Below, piece after piece: positions 26,220-36,147 of a DNA stretch of 64,000 bases. The translations under genes and the position numbers were made by a program. Each line of letters begins with the position of its first letter. The first letter of the stretch is position 1. A model generated the notes under the pieces. That model was given only the letters and a program-made list of their open reading frames with translations. It had not been told where the DNA came from and made no database searches. The stretch is from the NCBI GenBank assembly GCA_049903315.1, contig JBNGBT010000005.1:199475-263474 (forward strand). Reading direction: 5' to 3'. This DNA is from Candidatus Cloacimonadota bacterium (GTDB lineage Bacteria; Cloacimonadota; Cloacimonadia; JGIOTU-2).

Positions 26220-29009
26220 ATGAAAAAACAACTACTTTTTTTTGTTCTAATTTTGCTATTTTCCAGTACGCTCCTTGCTGATGTCGACAGCCTGGCGATC
26301 ATAGATCCCGTTGAAGGATTTCCAGCAGTAATTGAGCCCGAGATCCTCGATACAATGATGATCTCATTCCAGGTGTACGATGAATTCGGAGGTTTCGTAA
26401 CCGGACTGACAATTGATGATTTTATGGTAAAATTCGGTGACGAGTACTGCGAAAAAGTAACACTAGTTGAAGCAGCAAATGTTTATACAATGGAACTTGT
26501 GCCCTATGAACATGTTGTCGAGGGACTCTATAATATTACACTTACCTATGATGATGGATTGAAATTATCTGTTTCAACCATACTGGAATATGGAACTTTG
26601 TATACATATAGCCCCTTGATCGAAAACGGATTACTCTGGTTGAAGTATTATAGAAATGCTGATGGTTCATGGAACTGGAGTTCGCAATACCACAACCTTG
26701 GTGTCACCGCACTCTGTCTTCAAGCATTTCTCGGAAGAGGTTATGATGTAGAAGATCCCTTACATGGACAAGTTGTGGAAGATGCCATCAACTTTATACT
26801 AGCAAATCAGTGGAGTGGACCTTTCTATACCTATTCAAGTCATCTTATGTATGAGAACTGCATGGCGATCGTCGCACTGACCTCAGCTTTAAAAACAACA
26901 CTTCCTGGAGATCTTGATACTCTTATTACTAATGCTCTGCCTGCCGCTCTTGCCTACATCACTGATCCAGTTGATACAACATGGAGTAGGGTTAGCTGGC
27001 GCTACAACAGTGGTTATACAAGCCAGGACGGCGGTGATATGTCTGTAAATCAGTGGACTTATCTCGCAATTGAAGGAATGGAATATACCGAAAAAGACAT
27101 TTGGAATAAGATCTATAATTATATGGATTATCACAAAGCAACGAATGGCACAGCAGCGTGGCTGGGTTATCAGGAACCAAACACCCGTCCCCGCGGTAAC
27201 ACAATGGCAGCGATATGGGGCTTGAACCTTGCAGCGAATCATGGAATTGGTGCAGCAACACCTTTAGCTGAAAAATGCTATTCTTATGTAACTAGTGGTT
27301 ATACTGTTTCATCCCTGATTAGTGCAGCGAGTTTGCATAGTCAATGTGTCTATTCCGGTGCTGGATATTATTACTATATTTATGAATTTGCAAAAGCTTT
27401 TGCACTCGGTGGAAAAACTCAAATTCATGGAGAAAATTGGTATAATACCCTTTATTCACGAATCAATGGTCAGCACTGGGTAGATGCTGCAAATGATTAC
27501 TATTACTGGAGAACCGGCTGGACAGATCCTACTAATTATTATATTGACTGGGCAGGACTTGGCGATCATGGGAATACGGCTCTGGCATTGCTTGCTCTTG
27601 AAGTCGGAACGGTTCCTGATGACAGCAGGATTTCAGTGAAACTTCACGGTGCCAGAGATGATGAACTACATCTCATCGTGTATGACGGTGATGGAAAATT
27701 TGCAGGCGTAAATGAGTACGGTGTTTGGGTCACAGAGATACCTAATTCACAATGGATCTCTACGGGCGCAGTACAGGAATTGAGTATAGATCTTGCAATG
27801 GCTGCAAATCTTACAGTTGAGATCTCCAATACCGGCAATGATTCTACTGGTTATGAGATCATCATGCAATCCTATGTGGGCGATAATATGACGAGTGAGT
27901 TTACTCATACTGGCGTTGTTCAAGCTCAACAAATATTGGGAACCAGTGTAACTATTAATGCTATCGGTGGACTGACGATCTACACTTCTCCTCCTGAAGA
28001 ATTCCCTAACATGATGCTCTCAATTGATTCTAAAACCTTTGACGCATATTCACCTGGCCAGGGACTCTATTTTAATTTCGATATTATGGAAATTGGCGGA
28101 GCTAAATCTTTGTATGATATTGATATTTATGCAGATAATCTTGTTGATAGTTATGGCAATATTGTTCCTTCAGATAGTATATTGATCAATCCTACCTTAA
28201 TTGATTCAATCTCAGCATCAGGTCAAGAGACTGTCTATTGTGTTATTAATGTGCCGATGGATATCATAATGGCAAATACCTACAGCGGTAAGATCTATGC
28301 AGAAGCGAGCGGAATTGGAAGGAAAAGCATCAGTCTTTACCTCGCTCCTGATTCACTCGTTCTCGATGTAGTGGACAATACCGGCGGATTTCCTGCTTCT
28401 GGCGGCTCAACTGTCAGATATACAATACACTATGGGAATCCTCTTACAACTACATTGTACGGTGTTGACATCTTCGATCAACTTCCTGATACATCCTATA
28501 TGATCTTTAAGGACTGCTCGGGCAGTGGTGTTTATGATACGGATAATCATCTTGTATACTGGCATCTCGATGAGCTTCAGGCTGGAGAGATCGATCAGCA
28601 GGCATGGGTCGAAGTAACTGTAAATCCGAATCTTGCTGATACGACAACTGTGATGAATAATGTGTCACTCTCAAGCGACTTGCCAACACTCTATGCAAGC
28701 ATCGCGACCAGTCTCACACCAATGTCTACGATCGATGAACCGTACTTTAGACCTAATCCATTTAATCCGGAATTATATACCGGTGAAACATTTCCAAATT
28801 TTGATGATCCAACTTCTCCTCTCACCAAACTGAGAATTTATGACTCGGCAGGTGAGCTTGTAAAAGAAGCTCAAGATGTCAGCAGCATATCATTGCTGTG
28901 GGATGGTAAAAATGAATACGGCGACTATGTTGCAAATGGTGTTTATTTTATCATCGTTGAAAATCAAGCTGGCGAGAAACAGATCGTTAAAGTAGCGATA
29001 TTACGCTAG
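26220..29009 (+). CDS. Secreted multidomain protein: prenyltransferase-like barrel + Ig-like + DUF11 + FlgD-Ig-like C-terminal domain
   Basis: Signal peptide; IENGLLWL...NADGSW, AINFILANQ, WRY...GDMSVNQW, YYYYIYEFAKA; DUF11 YTIHYGN...DQLP; PNPFNP...WDGKNEYGDYVANGVY...KVAILR. Confidence 0.75.
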   Translation: MKKQLLFFVLILLFSSTLLADVDSLAIIDPVEGFPAVIEPEILDTMMISFQVYDEFGGFVTGLTIDDFMVKFGDEYCEKVTLVEAANVYTMELVPYEHVVEGLYNITLTYDDGLKLSVSTILEYGTLYTYSPLIENGLLWLKYYRNADGSWNWSSQYHNLGVTALCLQAFLGRGYDVEDPLHGQVVEDAINFILANQWSGPFYTYSSHLMYENCMAIVALTSALKTTLPGDLDTLITNALPAALAYITDPVDTTWSRVSWRYNSGYTSQDGGDMSVNQWTYLAIEGMEYTEKDIWNKIYNYMDYHKATNGTAAWLGYQEPNTRPRGNTMAAIWGLNLAANHGIGAATPLAEKCYSYVTSGYTVSSLISAASLHSQCVYSGAGYYYYIYEFAKAFALGGKTQIHGENWYNTLYSRINGQHWVDAANDYYYWRTGWTDPTNYYIDWAGLGDHGNTALALLALEVGTVPDDSRISVKLHGARDDELHLIVYDGDGKFAGVNEYGVWVTEIPNSQWISTGAVQELSIDLAMAANLTVEISNTGNDSTGYEIIMQSYVGDNMTSEFTHTGVVQAQQILGTSVTINAIGGLTIYTSPPEEFPNMMLSIDSKTFDAYSPGQGLYFNFDIMEIGGAKSLYDIDIYADNLVDSYGNIVPSDSILINPTLIDSISASGQETVYCVINVPMDIIMANTYSGKIYAEASGIGRKSISLYLAPDSLVLDVVDNTGGFPASGGSTVRYTIHYGNPLTTTLYGVDIFDQLPDTSYMIFKDCSGSGVYDTDNHLVYWHLDELQAGEIDQQAWVEVTVNPNLADTTTVMNNVSLSSDLPTLYASIATSLTPMSTIDEPYFRPNPFNPELYTGETFPNFDDPTSPLTKLRIYDSAGELVKEAQDVSSISLLWDGKNEYGDYVANGVYFIIVENQAGEKQIVKVAILR

Positions 29010-29025
29010 GAAAGGAGATAACAAA

Positions 29026-29982
29026 ATGAGAACATATAAAATAATCAAAACATTACTTTCTTTCGTGGCAATACTTGGGTTGTTCACCTCCTTTGCATTT
29101 GCAGAAGAAGATCTTTCTGGTGGACAGGGTGGTGCATTCCTGAGAATTCCAGTTGGTGCTCGTCCAGCTGGTCTGGGAAATGCCTTTACTGCTATTGCCG
29201 ATGACGGCTCTGCTCCTTTCTACAATCCCGCAGGTCTCTGCCAGATAACGGGCACTCGTCTTGGTGCAATGTACAATATCATGAGTCTGGACAGGATGAA
29301 CTACCAGGCATCGATCATTGTGGGCAGTAAGCGTGATGCAGCTCTGGCAGTTACCTTTAACAGTTTTGGCGTGGGAGATATCATTGAAGTGCTCCCCGGT
29401 CAAGGTCCCAGCGGTAATACCTTTAGTGCCACTGATATGGCTCTTGGTATTTCTGCAGGCGGAAAGATCATTCCTTTGCTGAGCGTAGGCGCAGGAGCTA
29501 AGTATGTCACGCAGTCTATTGATGAGAATAAGGCAACAGGTTTTGTCTTTGATCTCGGTGCATTGGTTGCTTCTCCTGTTTCAAGCGGACTGATAAAACA
29601 GATACGTGCCGGTGCAAGCTTGATGAACTTCGGCGGAAAAATGAAATGGGATACTGATTCTGATCATGAAGATACAATACTTCCTATGCTGAGAATTGGT
29701 GCTTCTGCAGATCTTCAACTCACCTCCTTTGATGTGATCGGAACTGCGGAAATATCTCAATCACTTGGACGCGAAGGCGATCAGAAAAATGATTTCAAAC
29801 TGCATCTTGGCGTTGAAGGATGGCTTGCAAATCTGTTTGCAGTGCGTGCCGGTCTTGATGGAGAAGATTTCACAATGGGCGCTTCTATCATGTTTGGTGA
29901 TTTCCGATTCGACTATGCCTACATAACCGATTATCTTGATGAAGGTGCGACTCACAAACTTGCAATTGACTTAGGATTCTAA
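29026..29982 (+). CDS. PorV/PorQ-family outer-membrane beta-barrel
   Basis: GGAFLRIPVGARPAGLGNAFTAIADD.SA.FYNPAGL, amphipathic strands, DYAY...THKLAIDLGF with terminal Phe. Confidence 0.85.
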   Translation: MRTYKIIKTLLSFVAILGLFTSFAFAEEDLSGGQGGAFLRIPVGARPAGLGNAFTAIADDGSAPFYNPAGLCQITGTRLGAMYNIMSLDRMNYQASIIVGSKRDAALAVTFNSFGVGDIIEVLPGQGPSGNTFSATDMALGISAGGKIIPLLSVGAGAKYVTQSIDENKATGFVFDLGALVASPVSSGLIKQIRAGASLMNFGGKMKWDTDSDHEDTILPMLRIGASADLQLTSFDVIGTAEISQSLGREGDQKNDFKLHLGVEGWLANLFAVRAGLDGEDFTMGASIMFGDFRFDYAYITDYLDEGATHKLAIDLGF

Positions 29983-30004
29983 GCGAAGAAAGAAAAACTA
30001 TATT

Positions 30005-30046
30005 AACGGCTTTGTCCTGATTATTCGGGATGAAGCCGTTTTTCTT
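30005..30046 (+). terminator. Probable rho-independent terminator after the PorV-like gene
   Basis: AACGGCTTTGTCC...GGATGAAGCCGTT followed by a T-run. Confidence 0.7.
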
Positions 30047-30214
30047 TATATTTAGAAATAGTTAAAATATCTAGTACATCAAGGCTGTATTTAAGGGGAT
30101 TAAATAAAGTATTAGTAATGAGCACGACTTCGAATGATTAATCGTGATTTCGGTGTGTCAGTCTTTTTATCAGGGCGTATTGTAAGAAGCCCGACGTTTT
30201 CCGCTTTGCTAAAA

Positions 30215-30463
30215 TTAGAAGTGTCTCCTTGCGAATTCTCTACCTGATCCTGATTTCAGATATTTTTCAAAGGCAATTGCTTTCTCTTTAGAATGAAATG
30301 TGAAAAAATTCTGAATGGTCCAAGGTTTGAATTTTGCAATATGTGGACATCCTCCTGAATTATGTTTATGTAAACGAGTTTGTATATTTTCTGTGAATCC
30401 AGTATAATTCTTTGTTAGATCTTTCTCACTTTGGAGGATATAGACATAGTGAAAAGTATTCAT
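30215..30463 (-). CDS. Small standalone GIY-YIG nuclease family protein
   Basis: HYVYILQS.....YTGFTENIQTRL.KHNSG......KFKPW...F.SKEKA.AFEKYLKSGSGREF. Confidence 0.88.
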   Translation of the reverse strand: MNTFHYVYILQSEKDLTKNYTGFTENIQTRLHKHNSGGCPHIAKFKPWTIQNFFTFHSKEKAIAFEKYLKSGSGREFARRHF

Positions 30464-30547
30464 AATGACGTGCCAGGTCGTAGTCTTGGAGCAAAAATAA
30501 ACAGTAGATTAAAGTTATGATACCGCCTTCATTTCATTACGGCGTGT

Positions 30548-30935
<388 letters not shown>

Positions 30936-31178
30936 TATGTATCTGTCAAAAAGCGTATTATGTAAAAATAATATAGAACAAGAAAAATTATCGTCAAGAT
31001 TGGATGTAAAGAAAACTGTGATATTGTTTATCATACACATTCGTTACGAAATCAGTATCCATTACATTTCGCCTTGCTAAAGAGGGTTTTCGTAATGAAA
31101 ATCTATAATAATATATTCAATTTTTTTTCGTTTTTTTCGCTTGCCACGGCGTAGTGTGAAACAGGGTCCGTTGCTTTA

Positions 31179-32024
31179 TTATTCTGATCTCATCAACACA
31201 AGCGATCCCACAGGAATGCCAATGTGACCAGCTATCACTTCGCATTTTACTCTGAGAAGGAAAAATATCTCCCGTTCTTCGTCGGAAAGTCCTTCATAAT
31301 TTCCTTGACCCTTGCTTATGACCATGTCGGCTTTTAGAAACAACTCATTGAATTCACTACTGCATTTTGAGAGAATTGTGCCCGGAACTGCTGAACCGGA
31401 GGACACGATCTTAGCAAACTTATCTATACCAGCCCGTTTTGCATCCACTTCGACAACATCATTTATAACGGGCCTGCCGCGCACACCAAAATACACTTTT
31501 TTACCAGCAAGCTGTTCGATGAGCAATCGGTCAAATACTGACTCGCCGGCATTGTCCCCAATATAGAGTATTGTTTCAGATTCATCAAACCTTTTTCTGA
31601 ATATTTCGTAATCATTAATAGTGAGTTCTTTATGAATGATTGCTTCAATTTCAGCAGGAATATCTACAGTATGATGGATCGCAAAGTCGATGACATTTCC
31701 TGCAATTGCCATTTTAATTGCAGTGAATAGGGGATCGCTGCTTTCTGCAATAAGCTGTTCGCAAAAAGGAACGAGTTGTAGTGCTTCATCGGTGTTCTGG
31801 TTTTTCATTTGCTTATAAGGGTCGTCTATACCAGTTACTTCCCGGATTTTTCCATAAATGAATTCTCCAATTTCAGCAGAGGTTTTATCTAAGGATATTT
31901 CAGGAAAGAGTGAGCCGACTGCATCTATGACGGATTTTATTACTTTCGGATCATCGGTGAACAATCTTGCTGCACGGAGGGCTTGTTGTATATAGCAGGG
32001 GAAGCATTCAAAATAGGTTTTCAT
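31179..32024 (-). CDS. ARMT1-like/DUF89 damage-control phosphatase
   Basis: ECFPC, DDPYKQMK, AIAGNVIDF, GDNAGESVFD, PVINDV, ISKGQGNYEGL, LRVKC. Confidence 0.9.
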   Translation of the reverse strand: MKTYFECFPCYIQQALRAARLFTDDPKVIKSVIDAVGSLFPEISLDKTSAEIGEFIYGKIREVTGIDDPYKQMKNQNTDEALQLVPFCEQLIAESSDPLFTAIKMAIAGNVIDFAIHHTVDIPAEIEAIIHKELTINDYEIFRKRFDESETILYIGDNAGESVFDRLLIEQLAGKKVYFGVRGRPVINDVVEVDAKRAGIDKFAKIVSSGSAVPGTILSKCSSEFNELFLKADMVISKGQGNYEGLSDEEREIFFLLRVKCEVIAGHIGIPVGSLVLMRSE

Positions 32025-32041
32025 TTAATCCTTTCAAGATC

Positions 32042-32063
32042 TGTCAGGGAATGGTCCCTGACA
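32042..32063. repeat. Perfect 9-bp hairpin (REP-like or terminator)
   Basis: TGTCAGGGA ATGG TCCCTGACA, intergenic. Confidence 0.5.
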
Positions 32064-32094
32064 ACTCGGTTTAAAAAATTAACAAATTCATTGC

Positions 32095-32313
32095 TTATAA
32101 GTTATTATCAATCGAGCCATCTGGAAGCATGTTATCAGGATGATAGTGCCCGGATTCTTCCATTTCATAGCGCACACATTTTGACCAATCACCTTTACAG
32201 TAATTCACTATCCATTTTTCATCAAGTTTTCCAGCTTCATAATAGTATTTCATAGGACATACAGGATACCATTTGCATTGAATTATTTCGGATATTTTAT
32301 CATTAGCATTCAT
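32095..32313 (-). CDS. Small Cys-rich conserved protein (four Cys, possible metal-binding)
   Basis: CKWYPVCP...YCKGDWSKCVRY...HPDNMLPDG. TTGACA upstream at 32354-32349. Confidence 0.7.
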   Translation of the reverse strand: MNANDKISEIIQCKWYPVCPMKYYYEAGKLDEKWIVNYCKGDWSKCVRYEMEESGHYHPDNMLPDGSIDNNL

Positions 32314-32430
32314 TATTTTATAAACAGTAAATTGGAGAAGAATTTATTTGTCAAAAAAAGTTTGAAAGTTTGAAAGTTTTATGATTTTTCATTGGAATTG
32401 ACCTTGCTTAAAGTAGAGAAGAACACTCTA

Positions 32431-32459
32431 AAAAGGGAATGGCTTTTTGCACCATTCCC
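32431..32459 (-). terminator. Probable terminator after the disulfide oxidoreductase gene
   Basis: The minus strand reads GGGAATGG TGCAAAAAG CCATTCCC TTTT. Confidence 0.65.
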
Positions 32460-32475
32460 AGATTAATAGTATAGA

Positions 32476-33846
32476 TTAGCAGTTTTCTTTGTTATTTTTA
32501 ATATTCTCAATTGCGTTTTCTGCAGCTTTAATAAGCAGATATTTTGTTGGCGCTGTTGTGAGGAGAGGGTGTGTGCCTACCTGGAATGAGATAAGTTCAT
32601 AAACTGTCACCGCTTTTTGAATTGCAAGACTGATCGTATTGATCATTTCACCAACCGATTTTCCTCCGAGTATCTCACCACCGATTATTTCACCATTTTC
32701 AGGCGATACAATAAGCTTCACGATGAGATTTTTTGCACCTGGCAATTTCCCGGGGTGTCTGTCTACATCCTGTGCTTTTCCGATCACGAACTGCACATTC
32801 GCATCCAAAGCAGTCTGCTCGATCGCACCAGCTGATGCAAAGACTATACCATTGATTTCTGTAGAAAAGACAGAGAGTGTTCCGGCAAAATGCCTGAGAA
32901 GTTTGATGCAGAAAAGATTGTTGCCCAGTACTCGTGCTTCTGCTGTCGCAGTTGAAGCGAGCATGATATTATCGGTTCGTCCAGTGATAAAGCCGATAGT
33001 TTGCGAGCAGTCGCCAACTGCATAAACATCTTTCACAGAAGTACGTAAATAGTTATCCACACGTATTGTACCACGGTCGTTTATTTCAATTCCTGCTTCT
33101 TGTGCAAGTTCGCAGTTCGGCACATAACCTATTGAGCAGATAACCAGATCGGCTTCAATAGTCTTACCATTGGAAAGAAGAACACTTTTTACTTTTCCAT
33201 TTTCTCCAATGATCTCTTCTGCTTTTTGCCCTGTGTAGAGATGAACGCCGGCATCTTTTACGATTTCGTCAGCTTTCTCTGCAAAATCTACTGAGAATGC
33301 TCGGTATAGACAATGGGGCTCAGCTTCGATAAGGGAAACGGTCTTATCCTGATGTTTTGCAAGCTGTTCTGAAAGTTCTACACCAATAAAGCCAGCTCCT
33401 ATGACGACAATATTCTTAACAGCATCGGTTTTCTTTTTCAAGCTGTCGATATAGGTATAACTTTTTTTGATATATTCGACACCTTCGAGATCATATCCCT
33501 TGATAAATTTGGGAATAAGTGGACTGGAACCGGTTGCAAATACCAATTTTTCATAACCAATTTCTTTGCTTGATTCGGTAACGAGAAATTTTTCTTCAGT
33601 ATGTATTTTTGTTACTGTATCGACTAAAACTTCTCCACCTACATCGATGAACTGTTTTGGACCCATCTTATTTTGGTCGATATTTTCCAGATCATGAAAG
33701 ATATATGGGATTCCACATGGGACGAGTCCTTTTTCCTCTTTTTTGATCATCAGAAATGTTTTTTCCGGATGTCTTTTCTTTGCAGTAACACCTGTGATGA
33801 TTCCTGATGGACCTCCACCAATAATGATAACATCATACTTTTTCAT
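32476..33846 (-). CDS. FAD-dependent pyridine nucleotide-disulfide oxidoreductase (CoA-disulfide reductase/NADH oxidase-like)
   Basis: IIGGGPSG, single redox Cys in PCGIPY, FATGS, VIGAGFIGVE, TSVKDVYAVGDC, GTHPLL. Confidence 0.88.
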   Translation of the reverse strand: MKKYDVIIIGGGPSGIITGVTAKKRHPEKTFLMIKKEEKGLVPCGIPYIFHDLENIDQNKMGPKQFIDVGGEVLVDTVTKIHTEEKFLVTESSKEIGYEKLVFATGSSPLIPKFIKGYDLEGVEYIKKSYTYIDSLKKKTDAVKNIVVIGAGFIGVELSEQLAKHQDKTVSLIEAEPHCLYRAFSVDFAEKADEIVKDAGVHLYTGQKAEEIIGENGKVKSVLLSNGKTIEADLVICSIGYVPNCELAQEAGIEINDRGTIRVDNYLRTSVKDVYAVGDCSQTIGFITGRTDNIMLASTATAEARVLGNNLFCIKLLRHFAGTLSVFSTEINGIVFASAGAIEQTALDANVQFVIGKAQDVDRHPGKLPGAKNLIVKLIVSPENGEIIGGEILGGKSVGEMINTISLAIQKAVTVYELISFQVGTHPLLTTAPTKYLLIKAAENAIENIKNNKENC

Positions 33847-34043
33847 TTTCAAATCCTTTCTTTATTGAGACTTTTTGTTTTATTTGTTTAGGTTAAAAAT
33901 TTCTTGTGAAATGTTGCTACACAGATAAAGTAAAGAATTGATTGTCAAATTATATACCAATGTAGTAAGTAAAAATTTTATATTCCCCAAATCATACGAA
34001 TTAAAAGTATGATCTAACGGGTTTTTCTGGTATATTAAAAGAT

Positions 34044-34607
34044 TTATTGAACTGCTTTCATGAGGTTCCGTAATGTGATAAAATTCTTCACGGAGGTTTC
34101 ATAAAAGTGTTGATTATATAATAGCAATGCAGGATGGGAAAGAGGAAAGATCGTCATACTTTCAATGATATATGATTTTGCTATGACATCAGAGAATTCC
34201 TTCCTTGAGAATTGATGAAGATCATATTTTTCAAAAAGATATTTTGTTGAATAAAAGCCCAAAGGAACGATGATAGCAGGTTGAACAGCTTCAATTTCTT
34301 GATCTAAATAGTATGAACATGCTTTGATCTCTCTTTGCTTTGGTCTACGGTTTTTTGGAAGCGTACATTTGATGAGGTTGGTCAAATATAAATCATCTTC
34401 ATTGATATTAGATTCCTTCAGAAGTGCATGCAGAATGTTACCGGAAGGTCCAATGAACATTCTGTTTTCCATGTCTTCCAATTCTCCAGGAGCTTGAGCA
34501 ATAAGCATTACATTGGCTTTGCGATTGCCTTCGCCTGTGAGTGCGTGTGTTCTTGTTTCATTTAGAGAACATCGAGCGCACCTTTGAAGCTCTTCATGTG
34601 TAAACAT
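34044..34607 (-). CDS. Uracil-DNA glycosylase, family 4-like
   Basis: CARCSL..TR, IAQAPG..ED...MFIGPSG, TNLIKC..PKNRRP..EI.AC, IVPLG, HPA. Confidence 0.85.
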   Translation of the reverse strand: MFTHEELQRCARCSLNETRTHALTGEGNRKANVMLIAQAPGELEDMENRMFIGPSGNILHALLKESNINEDDLYLTNLIKCTLPKNRRPKQREIKACSYYLDQEIEAVQPAIIVPLGFYSTKYLFEKYDLHQFSRKEFSDVIAKSYIIESMTIFPLSHPALLLYNQHFYETSVKNFITLRNLMKAVQ

Positions 34608-34639
34608 GATCCTATTTTGGTAAGCAGATTACTTATTGA

Positions 34640-35029
34640 TCAGAACAAAAGATGAGTCCTCTCTTCACCTTTGTTCCATTCTTTTTCAATATTTTCGACA
34701 TTTTCGGAAATTTTATTTATGCCCACATCAATATTATCATCCTTAATGACTATGCACACAAACTTCTTTTTTATACGTTTGATGTTTGGTCCGAAAACCT
34801 TGGATACAACGACAGTCACGTTCTCTTTCAAAAGCAATGAGCTGATCCCTTTTGCTTTTTTAGGATCTGCATGTACGTCCTCTTCTTCATCAACGGAGTT
34901 TTCGATCCTTTTTACAAAAGAAACATGATTTTCATCAAGTTCATAGATGTCATAATAATGAGCATCACCAAAATGCCTTCCTATCAATGTTTTCCCATCA
35001 TCTGTGGCAAAGGCGACGTTGAGTTTCAT
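34640..35029 (-). CDS. NifB/NifX-family (dinitrogenase FeMo-cofactor biosynthesis domain) protein
   Basis: VAFATDDG...RHFGDAHYY.IY, HADPKKA, FGPN. Confidence 0.8.
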   Translation of the reverse strand: MKLNVAFATDDGKTLIGRHFGDAHYYDIYELDENHVSFVKRIENSVDEEEDVHADPKKAKGISSLLLKENVTVVVSKVFGPNIKRIKKKFVCIVIKDDNIDVGINKISENVENIEKEWNKGEERTHLLF

Positions 35030-35034
35030 GTAAC

Positions 35035-35364
35035 TTACAACTCACCTTTTTTATAGGCATCATACGCTTGTTTGGCTGTCATTGAACCTGCACCAGTAAT
35101 AATTTTAATATTACCTTTTTGCAGAGCTGTAGCAGCATTTCCACCCGGTCCATTGCCGGTAATGAGGATATCGGGTTTTTGTTCGAATAGTTTTTGTGCT
35201 GTTCGTGGACCCGCGCCATGTGCTACTTCATTGATATCAGTGTTGTCAACTGATGTGAGTTCATCTTTTTCTTCATCATAAATAAGAAAATAATCTGTTC
35301 TTCCAAATCTGGAATCCATAGGGGAGTCCCATTCTTTTCCTTTTGTAGTAAATGCGATTTTCAT
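35035..35364 (-). CDS. NifB/NifX-family protein
   Basis: KIAFT...DSRFGRTDYF, AHGAGPRTAQ, ITGNGPGGNA. Confidence 0.85.
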   Translation of the reverse strand: MKIAFTTKGKEWDSPMDSRFGRTDYFLIYDEEKDELTSVDNTDINEVAHGAGPRTAQKLFEQKPDILITGNGPGGNAATALQKGNIKIITGAGSMTAKQAYDAYKKGEL

Positions 35365-35387
35365 TTTATCTCCATTTTATTTTTTTT

Positions 35388-35540
35388 GGCTCACGAATTT
35401 TCACGGATGCACACGGATTTATTTTTACATTTAAATCTTATCGGCATTTTCATAAACAATATATTCATTTCTTTATCCTTTATATCAGCGAATATCTGTG
35501 AGCAATTATTTTTTTTGGCTCACGGATTTTCACAGATATA
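35388..35540. repeat. CACGGAT/CACAGAT decamer-periodic repeat cluster, downstream of the GxxExxY gene
   Basis: GGCTCACGAATTTTCACGGATGCACACGGATTT (35388-35420), reversed unit ATCAGCGAATATCTGTGAGC (35484-35503), GGCTCACGGATTTTCACAGAT (35517-35537). Confidence 0.75.
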
Positions 35541-35551
35541 TATTACAAATA

Positions 35552-35965
35552 TCAAATTTTATTTTCAGTGTTAGTCCGAGAATTTTTATATTTTTTCAAT
35601 TCATTATCATAAATTTTTCTTTTGAATTCAGGTTTTTCTCCGAAATTAAGTAAAAGCCCAACCTCGATATTTGTTGCAGTAAGATACGAAAGAAGTTGTG
35701 CTTCGTCCTGTTTTGTTAATGTTTTAATAGCTTTTAATTCAAGAATGATCTTATCCTCAACAAGAATATCTGCATAGTATTCGCCAACAATTTCATTGTC
35801 ATACATTACGTTAATTGGAAATTGATTCTTACAGTCCAGACTTATTTTATTCAATTCGATCATCATTGCATTTTCATACACTTTTTCAAGGAATCCGTAT
35901 CCAAGAGTGTTATATACATTATAAAAAGCTTGAATGATTTTTGAACTAAGTTCTTTATATTTCAT
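35552..35965 (-). CDS. GxxExxY protein (PD-(D/E)XK-like family)
   Basis: VYNTLGYGFLEKVYENA, EYYADILVEDKIILELKA, AQLLSYL.AT...VGLLLNFG. Confidence 0.92.
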   Translation of the reverse strand: MKYKELSSKIIQAFYNVYNTLGYGFLEKVYENAMMIELNKISLDCKNQFPINVMYDNEIVGEYYADILVEDKIILELKAIKTLTKQDEAQLLSYLTATNIEVGLLLNFGEKPEFKRKIYDNELKKYKNSRTNTENKI

Positions 35966-36115
35966 GTTATAGCTCACTGGTTTACGCAGATAAACATGGT
36001 TTAGAATTATAAAGCTTTTTTATTGTTGTCATTTCTAATAATATATATATATTTTTTACGATGTATCTGAGAACTGAAACATTTTACTGAAAATATTTTT
36101 TTTAAATAAGGAATA

Positions 36116-36147
36116 AAATCTGTGTTCATCAGTGAAAATCCGTGAGC
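36116..36147. repeat. Inverted arm of the GxxExxY-flanking repeat; encodes the last codons of the ATPase gene
   Basis: AAATCTGTGTTCATCAGTGAAAATCCGTGAGC; its reverse complement matches 35389-35420 at 28/32 positions. Confidence 0.75.

Noticed and set aside
35388..35540. CRISPR array
   Set aside because: The units are short, degenerate and in both orientations, with no regular unique spacers; no cas genes in the window.
35386..35574. Short ORF over the repeat cluster (and similarly 41425-41634)
   Set aside because: These are translations of repeat arms (HEFSRMHTD, TKNTK-type patterns), not credible proteins.
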